Assembly (NCBI GenBank): GCA_043821645.1 | Contig: JBDRCO010000037.1 | Location: 160,001 to 224,000 of the forward strand | Length of the DNA stretch: 64,000 nucleotides | DNA from: Pseudomonadota bacterium | Lineage (GTDB): Bacteria; Myxococcota; JACRCW01; JAFGSX01 | Direction: 5' to 3' | Shown here: positions 19,915 through 29,827 of the stretch, in pieces | How positions within the stretch are numbered: position 1 is the first letter of the stretch | Layout: each line of letters begins with the position of its first letter | The notes under the pieces: generated by a model | Database searches by the model: none | What the model was told of the DNA's origin: nothing | The model's input: only the letters and a program-made list of their open reading frames with translations | Made by a program: the position numbers and the translations under genes

Positions 19915-22900
19915 CCGGGTGCAGCGCTGGTCCATCCTCCTCCTGTGCATGGCCTCCCTGGCCCCGACCAGGCCCGCTGGGGCGCAGGTTGGCTCGGTAG
20001 TGCAGCCCGGTGACGCCCAGCTCCTCGACGAGATCCGCGAGGTGGTCGACGCCTTCGAGAAGCAGACCCGGGCCTACCGGCGGCAGGTGAACGGTCTGGT
20101 CCAGAGGCAGTACGAGGAGCGCCGCGCCCAGCTCTCCGAGACCTACGAGAAGGCGATCCGCGAGCTCGAGGTGGTCGAACGCCAGCGTCGGCTCGAGGCC
20201 ATCGCGCGCTTCGAGGCCTTCCTGCGGCACTACCCCGACAATCCACAGTACACGCCCGATGCCATGTTCAGGCTGGCAGAGCTTTACTACGAGCGATCTT
20301 ACGAGCAGTACCTGCAGGCCATGCGCGAGTTCGATCAGCAGGTCAAAGCCTTCGATCGCGGCGAGACCACCGACGACCCGGTGATGCCGAGCCAGCACTT
20401 CGAGGACTCGATCGCGCTGTACCAGCAGCTCATCAATCGGTTCCCGAGCTACCGGCTGGTGGATGCAGCCTACTACTTGCTGGGCTATTGCCTGGGCGAA
20501 CAGGGGGAGCTGGAGTCCTCGATCCAGACCTTCGTCACCCTCACCGAGAAGTACCCCGATTCTGGTTTTTACGTCGAGGCGTGGATGCGCATCGGCGAGT
20601 TCTACTTTGACGCCGACCGTCTGGACGAGGCTGTTCAGGCCTACACCCAGGTCACGACCAAGGGCGTGGGTACCAAGTTCTACGACAAGGGCCTGTACAA
20701 GCTTGCCTGGACCCACTACAGGCTCGACCTGTTCGACGCAGCCATTCGAGAGTTCCTGACCCTCGTCGACTACGCTGACGCCGAGAAGCTCAAGGGCAAC
20801 AACGAGGCCCAGTCCCTGCGACCGGAGTCCATCCAGTACGTCGCCATCAGCTTCGCTGACGAACGCTGGGACCGTGGCATTGCCTACGACTTCGAGGCGG
20901 ACCAGACCGGCGAGCAGATGGTGGATTTCGCGATCAGCTACTTCGCCTCGGCGGGCCATCGCCCCTACGAGCCCGAGATCATCGAGCGTCTGGGCGGCAT
21001 CCTGTTCGACAGCGCCAAGTACCAGGGCGCGGTCAAGGCCCTCGAGTACGCTCTCGACCAGGCCCCCCTGGCGCCGCAGGCTCCCCGGCTGCAGCAGAAG
21101 ATCGTCGAGGCCTGGGAACGCGCCCGACAGTTCGACAAGGCGACCGCCGCGCGCGACAAGCTGTTCGAGAAGTACGCGGAGAAGACACCCTGGTACGACG
21201 CCAATATCGAGAACGGTGAGGCCATCCGGGCCGCCCAGGAGTTGACCAAGAACTCGGTGTACGTGTCCGCGATCTTCCACCACCAGCAGGCTCAGCAATA
21301 TTTCCAGGAGCAGCGGCTGGATCTGGCCAAGGTCTCGTACGAGCAGGCGGCCAAGGGGTACCAGCGCTACCTCGACCGCTTCCCGCACGACAAACAGGCC
21401 TACGAGCTGCGGTTCTACCTGGCGGACTGCTACTTCTACTCCCTGGACTTCATGAACGCGGCCGACGCGTACCGCTACGTGCGCGACTCGACGGCAGGTG
21501 ACAAGTACCGCAACGATGCGGCCCTGGGCGTCATCTTCGCCTACCAGGAGGAGATCAAGCGGCTGGAGAAGGCAGGCAAGCTCGAGGCACGCAAGGTGCT
21601 GACCGGGGGCCGCGAGGGCGACACCCTTCCGGCTGCCGAGGAGATCCCGACGCTGCGGACGTCCTATATCCAGGCCTGCGACCGCTTCGTCGAGCTGGCC
21701 CCACAGCACGAGCGGGTGCCCGTTTTCTCCTACACCTCGGCCGAGACCTTCTACGTCTACAACCACTTTGACGAGGCCACCAAGCGCTTCGAGCAGATCA
21801 TCGAGAAGTACCCCACCGACGAGGTGGCCAAGTTCGCTGCGAACCTGATCATCGAGCTCCTGCTGGCCAAGAAAGACTGGGTTGCCGTCGAGAAATTCGC
21901 CCAGATGGTGCAGCAGCGACGGGTGGGCGACACCGAGGCCTACAAGAAGTTCGAGGTCGGCGCCCTGTTCAACAAGGCGAGCCAGTACAACGCCGAGGGC
22001 GAGAAGTTGCTTAGCGAGGGCAAGGCCAAGGAAGGCAACGCCAAGCTCGAGGCCGCCGCCGCCGAGTACGTGCGCCTGGTCAGCGAGAACCCCAAGCACG
22101 AGTTCGCGGACAAGGCCCTGTTCAATGCCGCGGTGGCCTACGAGCGCGTGCGCCGCTTCGAGTCGGCCGCGCGTCTGTACGAGCGGGTGTTCGATGAGTA
22201 CCCGCAGAGCGATCTCGCCGACAAGTCGCTGTTCCTGGTGGCACTCAAGAGCGAGCAGGCCTTCGACTTTGACAAGGCCATCGACAAGTACCTGAGGCTG
22301 GTCAAGGACTACCCCAAGAGCACCGACCGCGCCAACGCGCTCTTCAACGCGGCCCTCGCGCTTGAGAACACGCAGCAGTACGAGCGCGCGGCCCGGGAGT
22401 ACGAGCGCTACGCTTCGATGTTCTCCGATCGCGAGGACGCCCCCGAGACCTTCTACCGGGCCGCCATCGTGCATGAGAAGCGCGAGGACAAGGCTGCCAT
22501 GGTCTCGACCCTGTTCAAGTTCATCCAGAAGTACCGCAAGGACGCGCGCCAGGGCGACCGCGTGGTCGAGGCCCTGGGCAAGATCGCGACCTACTACGAC
22601 GAGGCCGGCAAGGACTCGGACGCGACCAAGTATTACGAGTCCGCGGTCAAGGAGTTCGCGGCCCGGGGTCTGGCGCCGGCCACGCGCGCTGGTTACTTCG
22701 CGGCCAAGGCTCGCTTCGCCCTCATCGAGAAGGAACTCAAGCGCTACGAGACCATCAAGATCGAGGGCGACGGCAAGAACCAGCAGAAGCAGCTTGCCCT
22801 CAAGGCCGAGCGCCTGAAGAAGGTCGAGGATCAGTACCGCACAGTGCTCGACTACAAGCAGATCGAGTGGTCCCTGGCCTCTCTGTATCGCATGGGCTTC

Positions 22901-23260
22901 CTGTACGAGAACCTGGCCGAGACCATGGTCGCCGCCGACTGTCCGAAGGACATCAAGCGCCTGGGCCAGGAGTACTGCGACGAGTACAAGGTCCTGCTCG
23001 AGGACAAGGCCGCCGAGCTGGAGCAGAAGATCGTGCCGGCCTATGAGCTGGCGTACAACGAGGCGATCAAGGCCAAGGTCATCAACGAGTGGACCAAGCG
23101 CACCCTCGAAGGCCTCAACAAGTATCGCAAGGCCCAGTACCCCATCGACAAGGAGCCCCTGGGACGGATGGTTCCTCCCTTGTCGACGGGCGCCGGACTG
23201 GTCATCCCCGACGAGGTTGCTGCTCGCATGGGCGCCGGGCGACAGATGGAGGGCAAGTGA
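19901..23260 (+). CDS. GltD/AgmU-like periplasmic TPR protein (cluster 1)
   Basis: Signal peptide; many TPRs (AMFRLAELYYE, EAWMRIGEFYF, LYKLAWTHY); C-terminal W-x-LASLYRMG and NEW motifs shared with 50223-53669. Confidence 0.8.
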   Translation: MTRSSRVQRWSILLLCMASLAPTRPAGAQVGSVVQPGDAQLLDEIREVVDAFEKQTRAYRRQVNGLVQRQYEERRAQLSETYEKAIRELEVVERQRRLEAIARFEAFLRHYPDNPQYTPDAMFRLAELYYERSYEQYLQAMREFDQQVKAFDRGETTDDPVMPSQHFEDSIALYQQLINRFPSYRLVDAAYYLLGYCLGEQGELESSIQTFVTLTEKYPDSGFYVEAWMRIGEFYFDADRLDEAVQAYTQVTTKGVGTKFYDKGLYKLAWTHYRLDLFDAAIREFLTLVDYADAEKLKGNNEAQSLRPESIQYVAISFADERWDRGIAYDFEADQTGEQMVDFAISYFASAGHRPYEPEIIERLGGILFDSAKYQGAVKALEYALDQAPLAPQAPRLQQKIVEAWERARQFDKATAARDKLFEKYAEKTPWYDANIENGEAIRAAQELTKNSVYVSAIFHHQQAQQYFQEQRLDLAKVSYEQAAKGYQRYLDRFPHDKQAYELRFYLADCYFYSLDFMNAADAYRYVRDSTAGDKYRNDAALGVIFAYQEEIKRLEKAGKLEARKVLTGGREGDTLPAAEEIPTLRTSYIQACDRFVELAPQHERVPVFSYTSAETFYVYNHFDEATKRFEQIIEKYPTDEVAKFAANLIIELLLAKKDWVAVEKFAQMVQQRRVGDTEAYKKFEVGALFNKASQYNAEGEKLLSEGKAKEGNAKLEAAAAEYVRLVSENPKHEFADKALFNAAVAYERVRRFESAARLYERVFDEYPQSDLADKSLFLVALKSEQAFDFDKAIDKYLRLVKDYPKSTDRANALFNAALALENTQQYERAAREYERYASMFSDREDAPETFYRAAIVHEKREDKAAMVSTLFKFIQKYRKDARQGDRVVEALGKIATYYDEAGKDSDATKYYESAVKEFAARGLAPATRAGYFAAKARFALIEKELKRYETIKIEGDGKNQQKQLALKAERLKKVEDQYRTVLDYKQIEWSLASLYRMGFLYENLAETMVAADCPKDIKRLGQEYCDEYKVLLEDKAAELEQKIVPAYELAYNEAIKAKVINEWTKRTLEGLNKYRKAQYPIDKEPLGRMVPPLSTGAGLVIPDEVAARMGAGRQMEGK

Positions 23261-24903
23261 TGCGCGTGCTGCTCACTGCTCTCACTCTGATGCTGTTGGC
23301 GGGCGCCTGTGCCACGACGGATAGCGCGGCGCGTCCGGACGACACCACCAGCAACAACACGGCGGCATCGACTCCGCCTCCACCTGCTGCTGCTGTCGAC
23401 GAGGCTGCCGCGCCGGAACCCACGCCGCCGCCGGCTCCCGAACCGACCGCGGCTGCGGTCCCACCAAAGCCTGCGCCACAACTCGAGGAACCCGCGCCCG
23501 AGGCGGTGGCAGACCCTGAGCCTCGGCTGTCCCGAGATGCATCTGCCAGCCAGGACTTCACCGACGGCGTCGCCGTGGCCGCAGCGGAGCCGGCTCGGGC
23601 CCTGGGTCTGTTCGAGCGCGCTGCGAAGAGCGACCCCGGCTTCGTGCTGGCCTGGCACAACGCCGGCGCGAGCGCCGAGCGCCAAGGCAAGCTCACGGAT
23701 GCCATCGCGTACTACCAGAAGGCACTCGAGCGTCGTCCGGACTACTTCCCGTCGCTGTACAGCCTGATCCAGATCTACACTCGTCAGGGCAAGGCCGCGG
23801 ATGCGCGCAGTCTTGCCGAACGCGCCGTCACCAAAAAGCGCAGTGCCTCGTCGCTGGCCGCAGCCAGTGCAGCTGCGCTGGCCGCTCGCCAGGTGGGGGA
23901 GGCCGAACGCCAGGCCAAGGCAGCCCTGAAGCTCGACGAGAAGTTCGTGCCGGCGATGTTGCTCCTCGCCGAGGCCTTTCATGCCCAGGGAAAGTTCGAG
24001 CTGGCCAAGTTCGTGCTCAGCAATGCCAAGGAAGTGGACCCGCGCAACGCGCTGGTGCACCAGGCTCTGGGACGAGCGCTGCTCGCGCTCAAGAACCCCC
24101 AGGGAGCCCAGCGCAGCTTCGAGGAGGCGATCGCGATCCGCCAGGACCTCGTCGAGAGCTACAACAACCTTGCGGTGCTGTACTACGAATCGGGCGACTA
24201 TGGCGCGGCTCTGACCTCGTCGAAGAATGCGGTGGACCAGGCTCCACAGCAGGGCGCAGCCTGGCTCAACTACGGCAATGCTCTGCGGGCTGCCAAGCGC
24301 CACGCCGAGGCTATACAAGCCTACGAGAAAACGATCTCGCTGTCCGATGCCGAGGCGGCGACCGCGGCGCAGTTCAACCTGGGCATCCTGTACATTGACA
24401 ATCCCGTCGACAAGCTCGACGACGTGCAGCGCATGGACAAGGCGATGGGCTATCTGAACGCTTACAAGGGGCGCGCCCGGCTCGACGAGGCCATGGCCGA
24501 GAAGCTCGACAAGTACCTCGCCGAGGCCGATCGCGAGAAGCAGCGCGAGCTCAAGCGCCGCGAGCGTGATGCCAAGCGTGCCGCCAAGGACGCCGCCAAG
24601 AAGAAGGCCGAAGAAGAAGCTCGGATCAAGGCCGAAGAGGAAGCCAAGCAGAAGGCTGCGGAAGAGGCAGCGCTGCTCAAGGCCCAGGAAGACGCGCGAA
24701 AGAAGGCCGAACAGGAGGCTCTCAAGAAGGCAGAGGCGGACGCTGCTCGGCAAAAGGCCGAGGCGGAAGCCGCCCGGCTCAAGGCCGAGGAGGAGGCGCG
24801 CAAGAAGGCCGAGGAGGCTGCCCGGCTGCAGGCCGAGGAAGAAGCGCGCAAGAAGGCCGAGGAAGAAGCCAAGCAGCGCAAGCTGGGTGGTGGCGGCAAG
24901 TAG
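23260..24903 (+). CDS. GltE/AglT-like TPR lipoprotein with a TolA-like C-terminal tail
   Basis: Lipobox LLAGAC after ATG 23260, Pro-rich linker, TPRs and K/A/E repeats. Confidence 0.78.
   Translation: MRVLLTALTLMLLAGACATTDSAARPDDTTSNNTAASTPPPPAAAVDEAAAPEPTPPPAPEPTAAAVPPKPAPQLEEPAPEAVADPEPRLSRDASASQDFTDGVAVAAAEPARALGLFERAAKSDPGFVLAWHNAGASAERQGKLTDAIAYYQKALERRPDYFPSLYSLIQIYTRQGKAADARSLAERAVTKKRSASSLAAASAAALAARQVGEAERQAKAALKLDEKFVPAMLLLAEAFHAQGKFELAKFVLSNAKEVDPRNALVHQALGRALLALKNPQGAQRSFEEAIAIRQDLVESYNNLAVLYYESGDYGAALTSSKNAVDQAPQQGAAWLNYGNALRAAKRHAEAIQAYEKTISLSDAEAATAAQFNLGILYIDNPVDKLDDVQRMDKAMGYLNAYKGRARLDEAMAEKLDKYLAEADREKQRELKRRERDAKRAAKDAAKKKAEEEARIKAEEEAKQKAAEEAALLKAQEDARKKAEQEALKKAEADAARQKAEAEAARLKAEEEARKKAEEAARLQAEEEARKKAEEEAKQRKLGGGGK
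24590..24885 (+). repeat. Coding degenerate tandem repeat (KAEEEAR/KKAEEAARL)
   Basis: Repeated aaggccgaggaa/gag units encoding a charged helix. Confidence 0.8.
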
Positions 24904-24946
24904 CCGGGGACCCGCGAACGGTCGCATCCTCGTCGACAGAGGTGGT

Positions 24947-25219
24947 ATGAAAATGCAGTTGCGCCGGCAAAGGAGCCGCCAGTATACTCGCTGCCTCGTC
25001 GGGGTCGGAGTCGCACTGACCCTGCTTCTGACGACGACAGCGGCGAGTGCGCAGCGGCGCAAGAAGATCGTGCTCAGCGAATTCGTGATCGAAGGGAGAG
25101 TGCAGAAGCCACAGGCCTTTCTTCTGCTGCAGAGGCAGAACCTGAACTTCGAGGGACTTCAACTCAAGAAGAGCTTCGTACCCAAGATTGTCAAGTCCGC
25201 CGACAGGAAGCCATTTTAA
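24947..25219 (+). CDS. GltF/CglF-like small exported protein (cluster 1)
   Basis: Signal peptide (ASA-Q) and IEGRVQKPQAF...SFVPKI, resembling IEGDLKTP...NF of 55185-55439; follows the gltE-like gene. Confidence 0.72.
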   Translation: MKMQLRRQRSRQYTRCLVGVGVALTLLLTTTAASAQRRKKIVLSEFVIEGRVQKPQAFLLLQRQNLNFEGLQLKKSFVPKIVKSADRKPF

Positions 25220-25373
25220 GGGTACTTGCCCGGGCCTTCGCGGCGACACAGAGGTTGTGCTAGGGTAAGCCCGCCGTGACAGAGAGAGTCCGGCGGTTCG
25301 TTCTGGGAGCAAGAGCCTCGCCCCTGAGGCTTGCATCATCGCGCCGGGAAAAGGCACAAGGAGGACGGTCACC

Positions 25374-26030
25374 ATGTTTGCAGCCATCGCCAAGTTCTTC
25401 GAGGACGGCGGACCGTGGATGTATCCCATCGCCGCGGTCTCAGTCGTCTGCGTCGCCGTCGCTATCGAGCGAATCGTATTCTTGTTCTTCCGCTACGATA
25501 TCAATGGCAACGCCTTCATGGCACAGGTCCAGAAGCTGGTGATGGCCAACAACATCGATCGCGCCATCAAGCTGTGCAACGCCGCCCCCAACGCGGCGCT
25601 GCCAAAGATCATCAAGGCTGGCCTCACCCGCGCCAACAAGGGTGAGATGGAGATCCAGAACGCGGTGGAGGAGAGCACGCTCGAGGTGGTGCCCATGCTG
25701 CAGAAGCGCACCAACTCCTTGGCGGCCCTCGCCAACCTGGCCACTCTGCTCGGTCTGCTCGGAACCGTCATCGGTCTGATCCAGGCCTTCAGCGCGGTTG
25801 CCAACGCGCCGCCGGACCAGAAGTCGGCCCTGCTGGCCTCCGCCATCTCGATCGCCATGAACACCACGGCCTTCGGTCTCATGGTGGCGATCCCGACCCT
25901 GTTTGTGCACCTGATCCTGTCGGGTGTGACCAAGAAGATCATCGACGAGATCGATATGTACTCGGTCAAACTCGAGAATCTGCTGATCGCGCGTGGCAAG
26001 GGCGGCTCGGCGGCCATGGACCGCGGCTAG
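25374..26030 (+). CDS. MotA/TolQ/ExbB proton-channel subunit (AglR-like)
   Basis: GGPWMYPI, ATLLGLLGTVIGLIQAF and ISIAMNTTAFGL; AGGAGG RBS. Confidence 0.93.
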   Translation: MFAAIAKFFEDGGPWMYPIAAVSVVCVAVAIERIVFLFFRYDINGNAFMAQVQKLVMANNIDRAIKLCNAAPNAALPKIIKAGLTRANKGEMEIQNAVEESTLEVVPMLQKRTNSLAALANLATLLGLLGTVIGLIQAFSAVANAPPDQKSALLASAISIAMNTTAFGLMVAIPTLFVHLILSGVTKKIIDEIDMYSVKLENLLIARGKGGSAAMDRG

Positions 26031-26137
26031 TCTCTTTCTGCCTTTTTTTGCGCGGACCCGGGCGACTCGCAAGCCCCGGAACTTCTGGCACCCCACGGTG
26101 TCAGATCTGCTGGGATTCGGTCGCGGGAGAGTGAGAG

Positions 26138-26665
26138 ATGGCCAGAAAACCATCCGAGCGGCGCCACGGTGCCGATGAGACGTCAGAGCTGAACCTGGTT
26201 CCGATCATGAACCTGGTGCTGATGCTCATCCCGTCCATCTTGATCACGGCGGCTTTCGTCGAGATCACGGTGATCAACGTTTCGGCGCCGCAGATCGGCG
26301 GTGGCGCTCCCCAGGAGCAGCAGGAAAAGCCTGACAAACCACCGCTCAATTTGACCATCGTATTGACCGACCAGGGGTTCACCATTGCGGGTTCGGGTGG
26401 TGTGCTGGGCCAGGAGCAGGCTGATCCCAATGCCCAGAAGGGGCCCACCATCCCGAAGACCTCGGCGGGTGACTACGACTGGCCAGGTCTGACCAAGAAG
26501 CTGGTCGAGATCAAGGATGCTTTTCCGGAAGAGACCAAGGTCATCGTCAACGCGGAGCCGGACATCAAGTACGAGTTCCTCGTGGGGACCATGGACGCGG
26601 CGCGCGAGACCACTGATCACCGCGAGCTGTTTCCCGACGTGATCCTGAGCGCAGGTATCACCTGA
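26138..26665 (+). CDS. ExbD/TolR subunit at the AglQ position, with Asn replacing the TM Asp
   Basis: ELNLVPIMNL TM start and AEPDIKYEFLVGTMDAAR periplasmic motif. Confidence 0.88.
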   Translation: MARKPSERRHGADETSELNLVPIMNLVLMLIPSILITAAFVEITVINVSAPQIGGGAPQEQQEKPDKPPLNLTIVLTDQGFTIAGSGGVLGQEQADPNAQKGPTIPKTSAGDYDWPGLTKKLVEIKDAFPEETKVIVNAEPDIKYEFLVGTMDAARETTDHRELFPDVILSAGIT

Positions 26666-26718
26666 TAGCAGTGAGGGTGAGGTGCCCGGAGCCGTGAACC
26701 ATCGCTGCGGAGCGTGAG

Positions 26719-27330
26719 ATGAGCGACGCCAGTCAGGAAAAAGATTTCAAGGTCCAGGAGGACGGCATCGGTGACGGTGGCGAGTTCGTCGGCTGGACCG
26801 ATGACCTCAAGGCTGCCCCCACCCAGCGCCGCAAGGGAAAGTCGAAGAGGGTCTCGGAGTACAAGGCCGCCCTCAACATGAACTCCCTCATGGACATCGT
26901 GACCATCATCCTGGTCTACCTGCTCAAGAGCTTTGCAGGCAGCCCGGTGTCGGTGCCCGATCCCAACGTCAAGCTGCCGGCCTCGACCGCCCAGCTGATC
27001 CCGGAAGAGGCGGCGACGATCACCGTGACGACGCAGCGAATCGTCGTCAATGACAAGTCCGTGGCGGAGATCAACGAGGGGCGTATCGACCCCAATGACA
27101 AGCGCGATGGCCCGCAGGGCTTCTTCATCACACCGCTGTACGACGCCCTGGTCGAGGCGGCGGACAACGAGAAGAAGATCGCCCAGTACAACCCGGCGCG
27201 GACCTTCAAGGGGATCAGCATTGTCATCTGCGACAAGAGCATCCCCTTCCGCCTGCTGTCCGAAGTCATGTACACGGCCGGCCAGGCCGAGTTCGGAAAC
27301 TTCAAGTTCGCCGTCATCAAGAAGGAATAG
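26719..27330 (+). CDS. ExbD/TolR subunit (AglS-like)
   Basis: LNMNSLMDIVTIILVYLLKSF and DKSIPFRLLSEVMYTAGQAEF. Confidence 0.9.
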   Translation: MSDASQEKDFKVQEDGIGDGGEFVGWTDDLKAAPTQRRKGKSKRVSEYKAALNMNSLMDIVTIILVYLLKSFAGSPVSVPDPNVKLPASTAQLIPEEAATITVTTQRIVVNDKSVAEINEGRIDPNDKRDGPQGFFITPLYDALVEAADNEKKIAQYNPARTFKGISIVICDKSIPFRLLSEVMYTAGQAEFGNFKFAVIKKE

Positions 27331-27415
27331 GCGGGTCTCGGGGGTCAGGGAGAGGTGTCGGTGCGCGTCGCCTCAGGACAGACGCGTGTATTGAAAGGGT
27401 GAGGAAGCAAAGGTC

Positions 27416-28786
27416 ATGGCCGCGCAAGCCACGGGCAAGATACTCCGCATCGGAGTGATCCAGAGCGGCAAGATCATCGAGGAGCGGCTCCTGCGCAAGC
27501 GGGACGTCGTCACCATCGGTACCGATACCAAGAACACCTTCGTGTTTCCCGCCTCGGAACTGCCCAAGGCCATCCGGCTCTTCGACTTCAAGGGTGGCGC
27601 CTACACACTGTGCTTCGACGACAAGATGGACGGACGTGTGTCCGTCGGTGAGTCTGTCCTCGACTTCACGGGACTCAAGACCCAGGGTGTGGCCAAGAAA
27701 TCTGGCGACCAGTACAGGGTGAGTCTCAATGAAGAGTCCCGCGGCAAGGTGGTCGTGGGCGGGTTCACGCTGCTGTTCCAGTTCGTGGTTCCGCCCCCTG
27801 AGCCTGCCAAGCCGCAGCTCCCGAGCGTGGCCAAGGGCGGCTGGGTCAAGTCCATCGACTGGTTCTTCACGGCGCTGATCGCCTGCTCGTTCGTGGCCCA
27901 CACGGGCTTCCTGGTCTCGTTCAAGTTCACAGATCTGCCTCCCAACCCGACGGTGTTCGAGCTGCCAGATCGCTTCGCCAAGTTCGTGGTGCCGGACAAG
28001 AAGAAGCGCGATCTCGAAGACGCGAAGAAGGCCGGCGAGGGCAAGACTGACGACGAGAAAAAGAAGAAAGCCAAGAAGAAGGCGGACGACGACGAGGGAG
28101 ACAAGAAGGCAGGCAAGAAGAAGGAGATGAGCGAGTCCGAGAAGGCCGCGGCGGCGGCTGCGCGCAAGGCGGCCATTCAGCAAAAGGTCGCAGGCAAGGG
28201 CTTGCTCAAGATCCTTGGCGCGCGGGGACCCGGGGCGGATGGTAGTGGCGCCATCTCCGACGTGTTCAGCGATGGCGGTTTGAGCGGCGATCTCGACGGT
28301 GCTTTTGATGGCACGTCCGGTGTCGGCATCGCCAACAGTGCCGATGAGACCACGCGCCGTGGCAGCGGTAGCGGTGAAGCCACCGGGATCGGCGACCTCG
28401 CCACCGAGGGCGTCGGTACTGCCAACACGGGTTCCAAGGGTGCCGTCAGCGTGCGGGGTAACATCCAGGCGTCCGCGGTCGAGTCCGTGGATGGCAGCCT
28501 GGACCCCAAGAAGATCGCCGCGGCGATTCGCTCACGTCTGTCGGGTATCAAGAATTGTTACGAGCAGCAGCTCAAGCGCAATCCGAAGCTGGCGGGCAAG
28601 ATCGTCGTTGCCTTTGTCATCGACGAAACCGGCAAGGTCAGCGAGGCGAGCGTGGACTCGGACACGCTGGGTGACGGCCAGGTGGCGAAGTGCATCATCG
28701 GGCTCATCCGGCGCGTCAGGTTCCCCAAGCCCGATGAGGGCACGGTCGAGGCCACCTTCCCCTTCGTTTTCACTCCAGCGGGCTGA
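27416..28786 (+). CDS. GltG-like TonB-type transducer (AgmX/PglI C-terminal domain), lacking a canonical FHA
   Basis: TM helix with an S-x3-H motif (SFVAH), K/E- then G-rich linker, and IKNCYEQQLKRNPKLAGKI...FPKP...FPFVF. Confidence 0.85.
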   Translation: MAAQATGKILRIGVIQSGKIIEERLLRKRDVVTIGTDTKNTFVFPASELPKAIRLFDFKGGAYTLCFDDKMDGRVSVGESVLDFTGLKTQGVAKKSGDQYRVSLNEESRGKVVVGGFTLLFQFVVPPPEPAKPQLPSVAKGGWVKSIDWFFTALIACSFVAHTGFLVSFKFTDLPPNPTVFELPDRFAKFVVPDKKKRDLEDAKKAGEGKTDDEKKKKAKKKADDDEGDKKAGKKKEMSESEKAAAAAARKAAIQQKVAGKGLLKILGARGPGADGSGAISDVFSDGGLSGDLDGAFDGTSGVGIANSADETTRRGSGSGEATGIGDLATEGVGTANTGSKGAVSVRGNIQASAVESVDGSLDPKKIAAAIRSRLSGIKNCYEQQLKRNPKLAGKIVVAFVIDETGKVSEASVDSDTLGDGQVAKCIIGLIRRVRFPKPDEGTVEATFPFVFTPAG

Positions 28787-28882
28787 TGACCGTACAATGG
28801 AACGCGCCAGGGCCAGCAGCGCCGGCGCGAGGCGGCGGCGGGCCCCTGCAGGCTCGACAATGGCGAGAGCGGGGAGGCGCAA

Positions 28883-29818
28883 GTGAAGGCCAAGTGGCTA
28901 CACGAGGTTCAGGATCTCCTCAACCAGGAGCAGTTCCGTGCCTGGTTCGATGACCTGGAGCAGGTCCGCATCGAACTCAAGGAGGCCGTGGAGCGCTACG
29001 AGGAGTTGCTGACCCAGGTCAATGTCAGCGAGTTCCGGAGCGAGCTGGCCCAGAAGAACGCCATCGATACCCTCTATCGTGCCAGCGAGTACGAGGACGC
29101 CGCGGCGCAGATGAACGCCGAGGCGACGGACCTCGAAAACAAAGCCATGGAGAACCTGGGCACCTTCGAGGAGCAGCGTGTGCATACCTCGGAGATCTGG
29201 TTCAAGCTGGAAGCTCTGGACCATGACTTGGAGGAGCATCGCAAGGCCAGCAACGCCGCTCGCGTCAAGGAGCTGGAGCGCGGCCGGCGCAAGATATCCG
29301 AGGAGTACGAGCGGGAAGCCGCCAAGAAGCAGCGCTTGTGGGAAGAGGTCGAGGCCATGTGGGGGATCAGCCTCGAGAAGAACCTGCTCACGAACGAGCG
29401 CAGTACCAAGGGCAAAGCCGTGCGGCGGCAAGCGGAGAAGCTTTTTGCCAAGGCCGAGGAGGCCAAGACCCAGGCCGAGGAGCTGCGGGCGGATGCCGAG
29501 GCCATCGCCCGGGAGCGCGAGCGGCTGGAAGAGCGCGAGCGGGAGCTAGTTGAGGACGCCAGGAGCCGGTTTGACGCGGTGCTGCACGAGGACTTCCTGT
29601 ACTGGCAGCAGCGCGAGAACAACAAGCGGGTCTGGGTGTCGCCCCTGATCTCGGACGTCAATAATTACAACATTTCCCTCAGGGCCTGTTCGGTGTATCA
29701 GTGTGAGCGGGGACGCGGCGTCGATTTCCTGGAACCCTTGATCGAGCAGGAAAAATCGTTGCAGGAGGATGGACGTCTCGACGAGTTCTTCAGTGGCGGT
29801 GCGACCAGCGTGCGTTGA
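28883..29818 (+). CDS. Cytoplasmic coiled-coil protein of unknown function
   Basis: E/K/R-rich heptads over most of the length and a small C-terminal beta domain; GGAGG RBS before GTG. Confidence 0.75.
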   Translation: MKAKWLHEVQDLLNQEQFRAWFDDLEQVRIELKEAVERYEELLTQVNVSEFRSELAQKNAIDTLYRASEYEDAAAQMNAEATDLENKAMENLGTFEEQRVHTSEIWFKLEALDHDLEEHRKASNAARVKELERGRRKISEEYEREAAKKQRLWEEVEAMWGISLEKNLLTNERSTKGKAVRRQAEKLFAKAEEAKTQAEELRADAEAIARERERLEERERELVEDARSRFDAVLHEDFLYWQQRENNKRVWVSPLISDVNNYNISLRACSVYQCERGRGVDFLEPLIEQEKSLQEDGRLDEFFSGGATSVR

Positions 29819-29827
29819 GGCAAGGCC

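Noticed and set aside
26031-26050. T-rich run after the TolQ-like gene as an intrinsic terminator
   Set aside because: No strong hairpin directly before the T tract, and it lies within an apparent operon.
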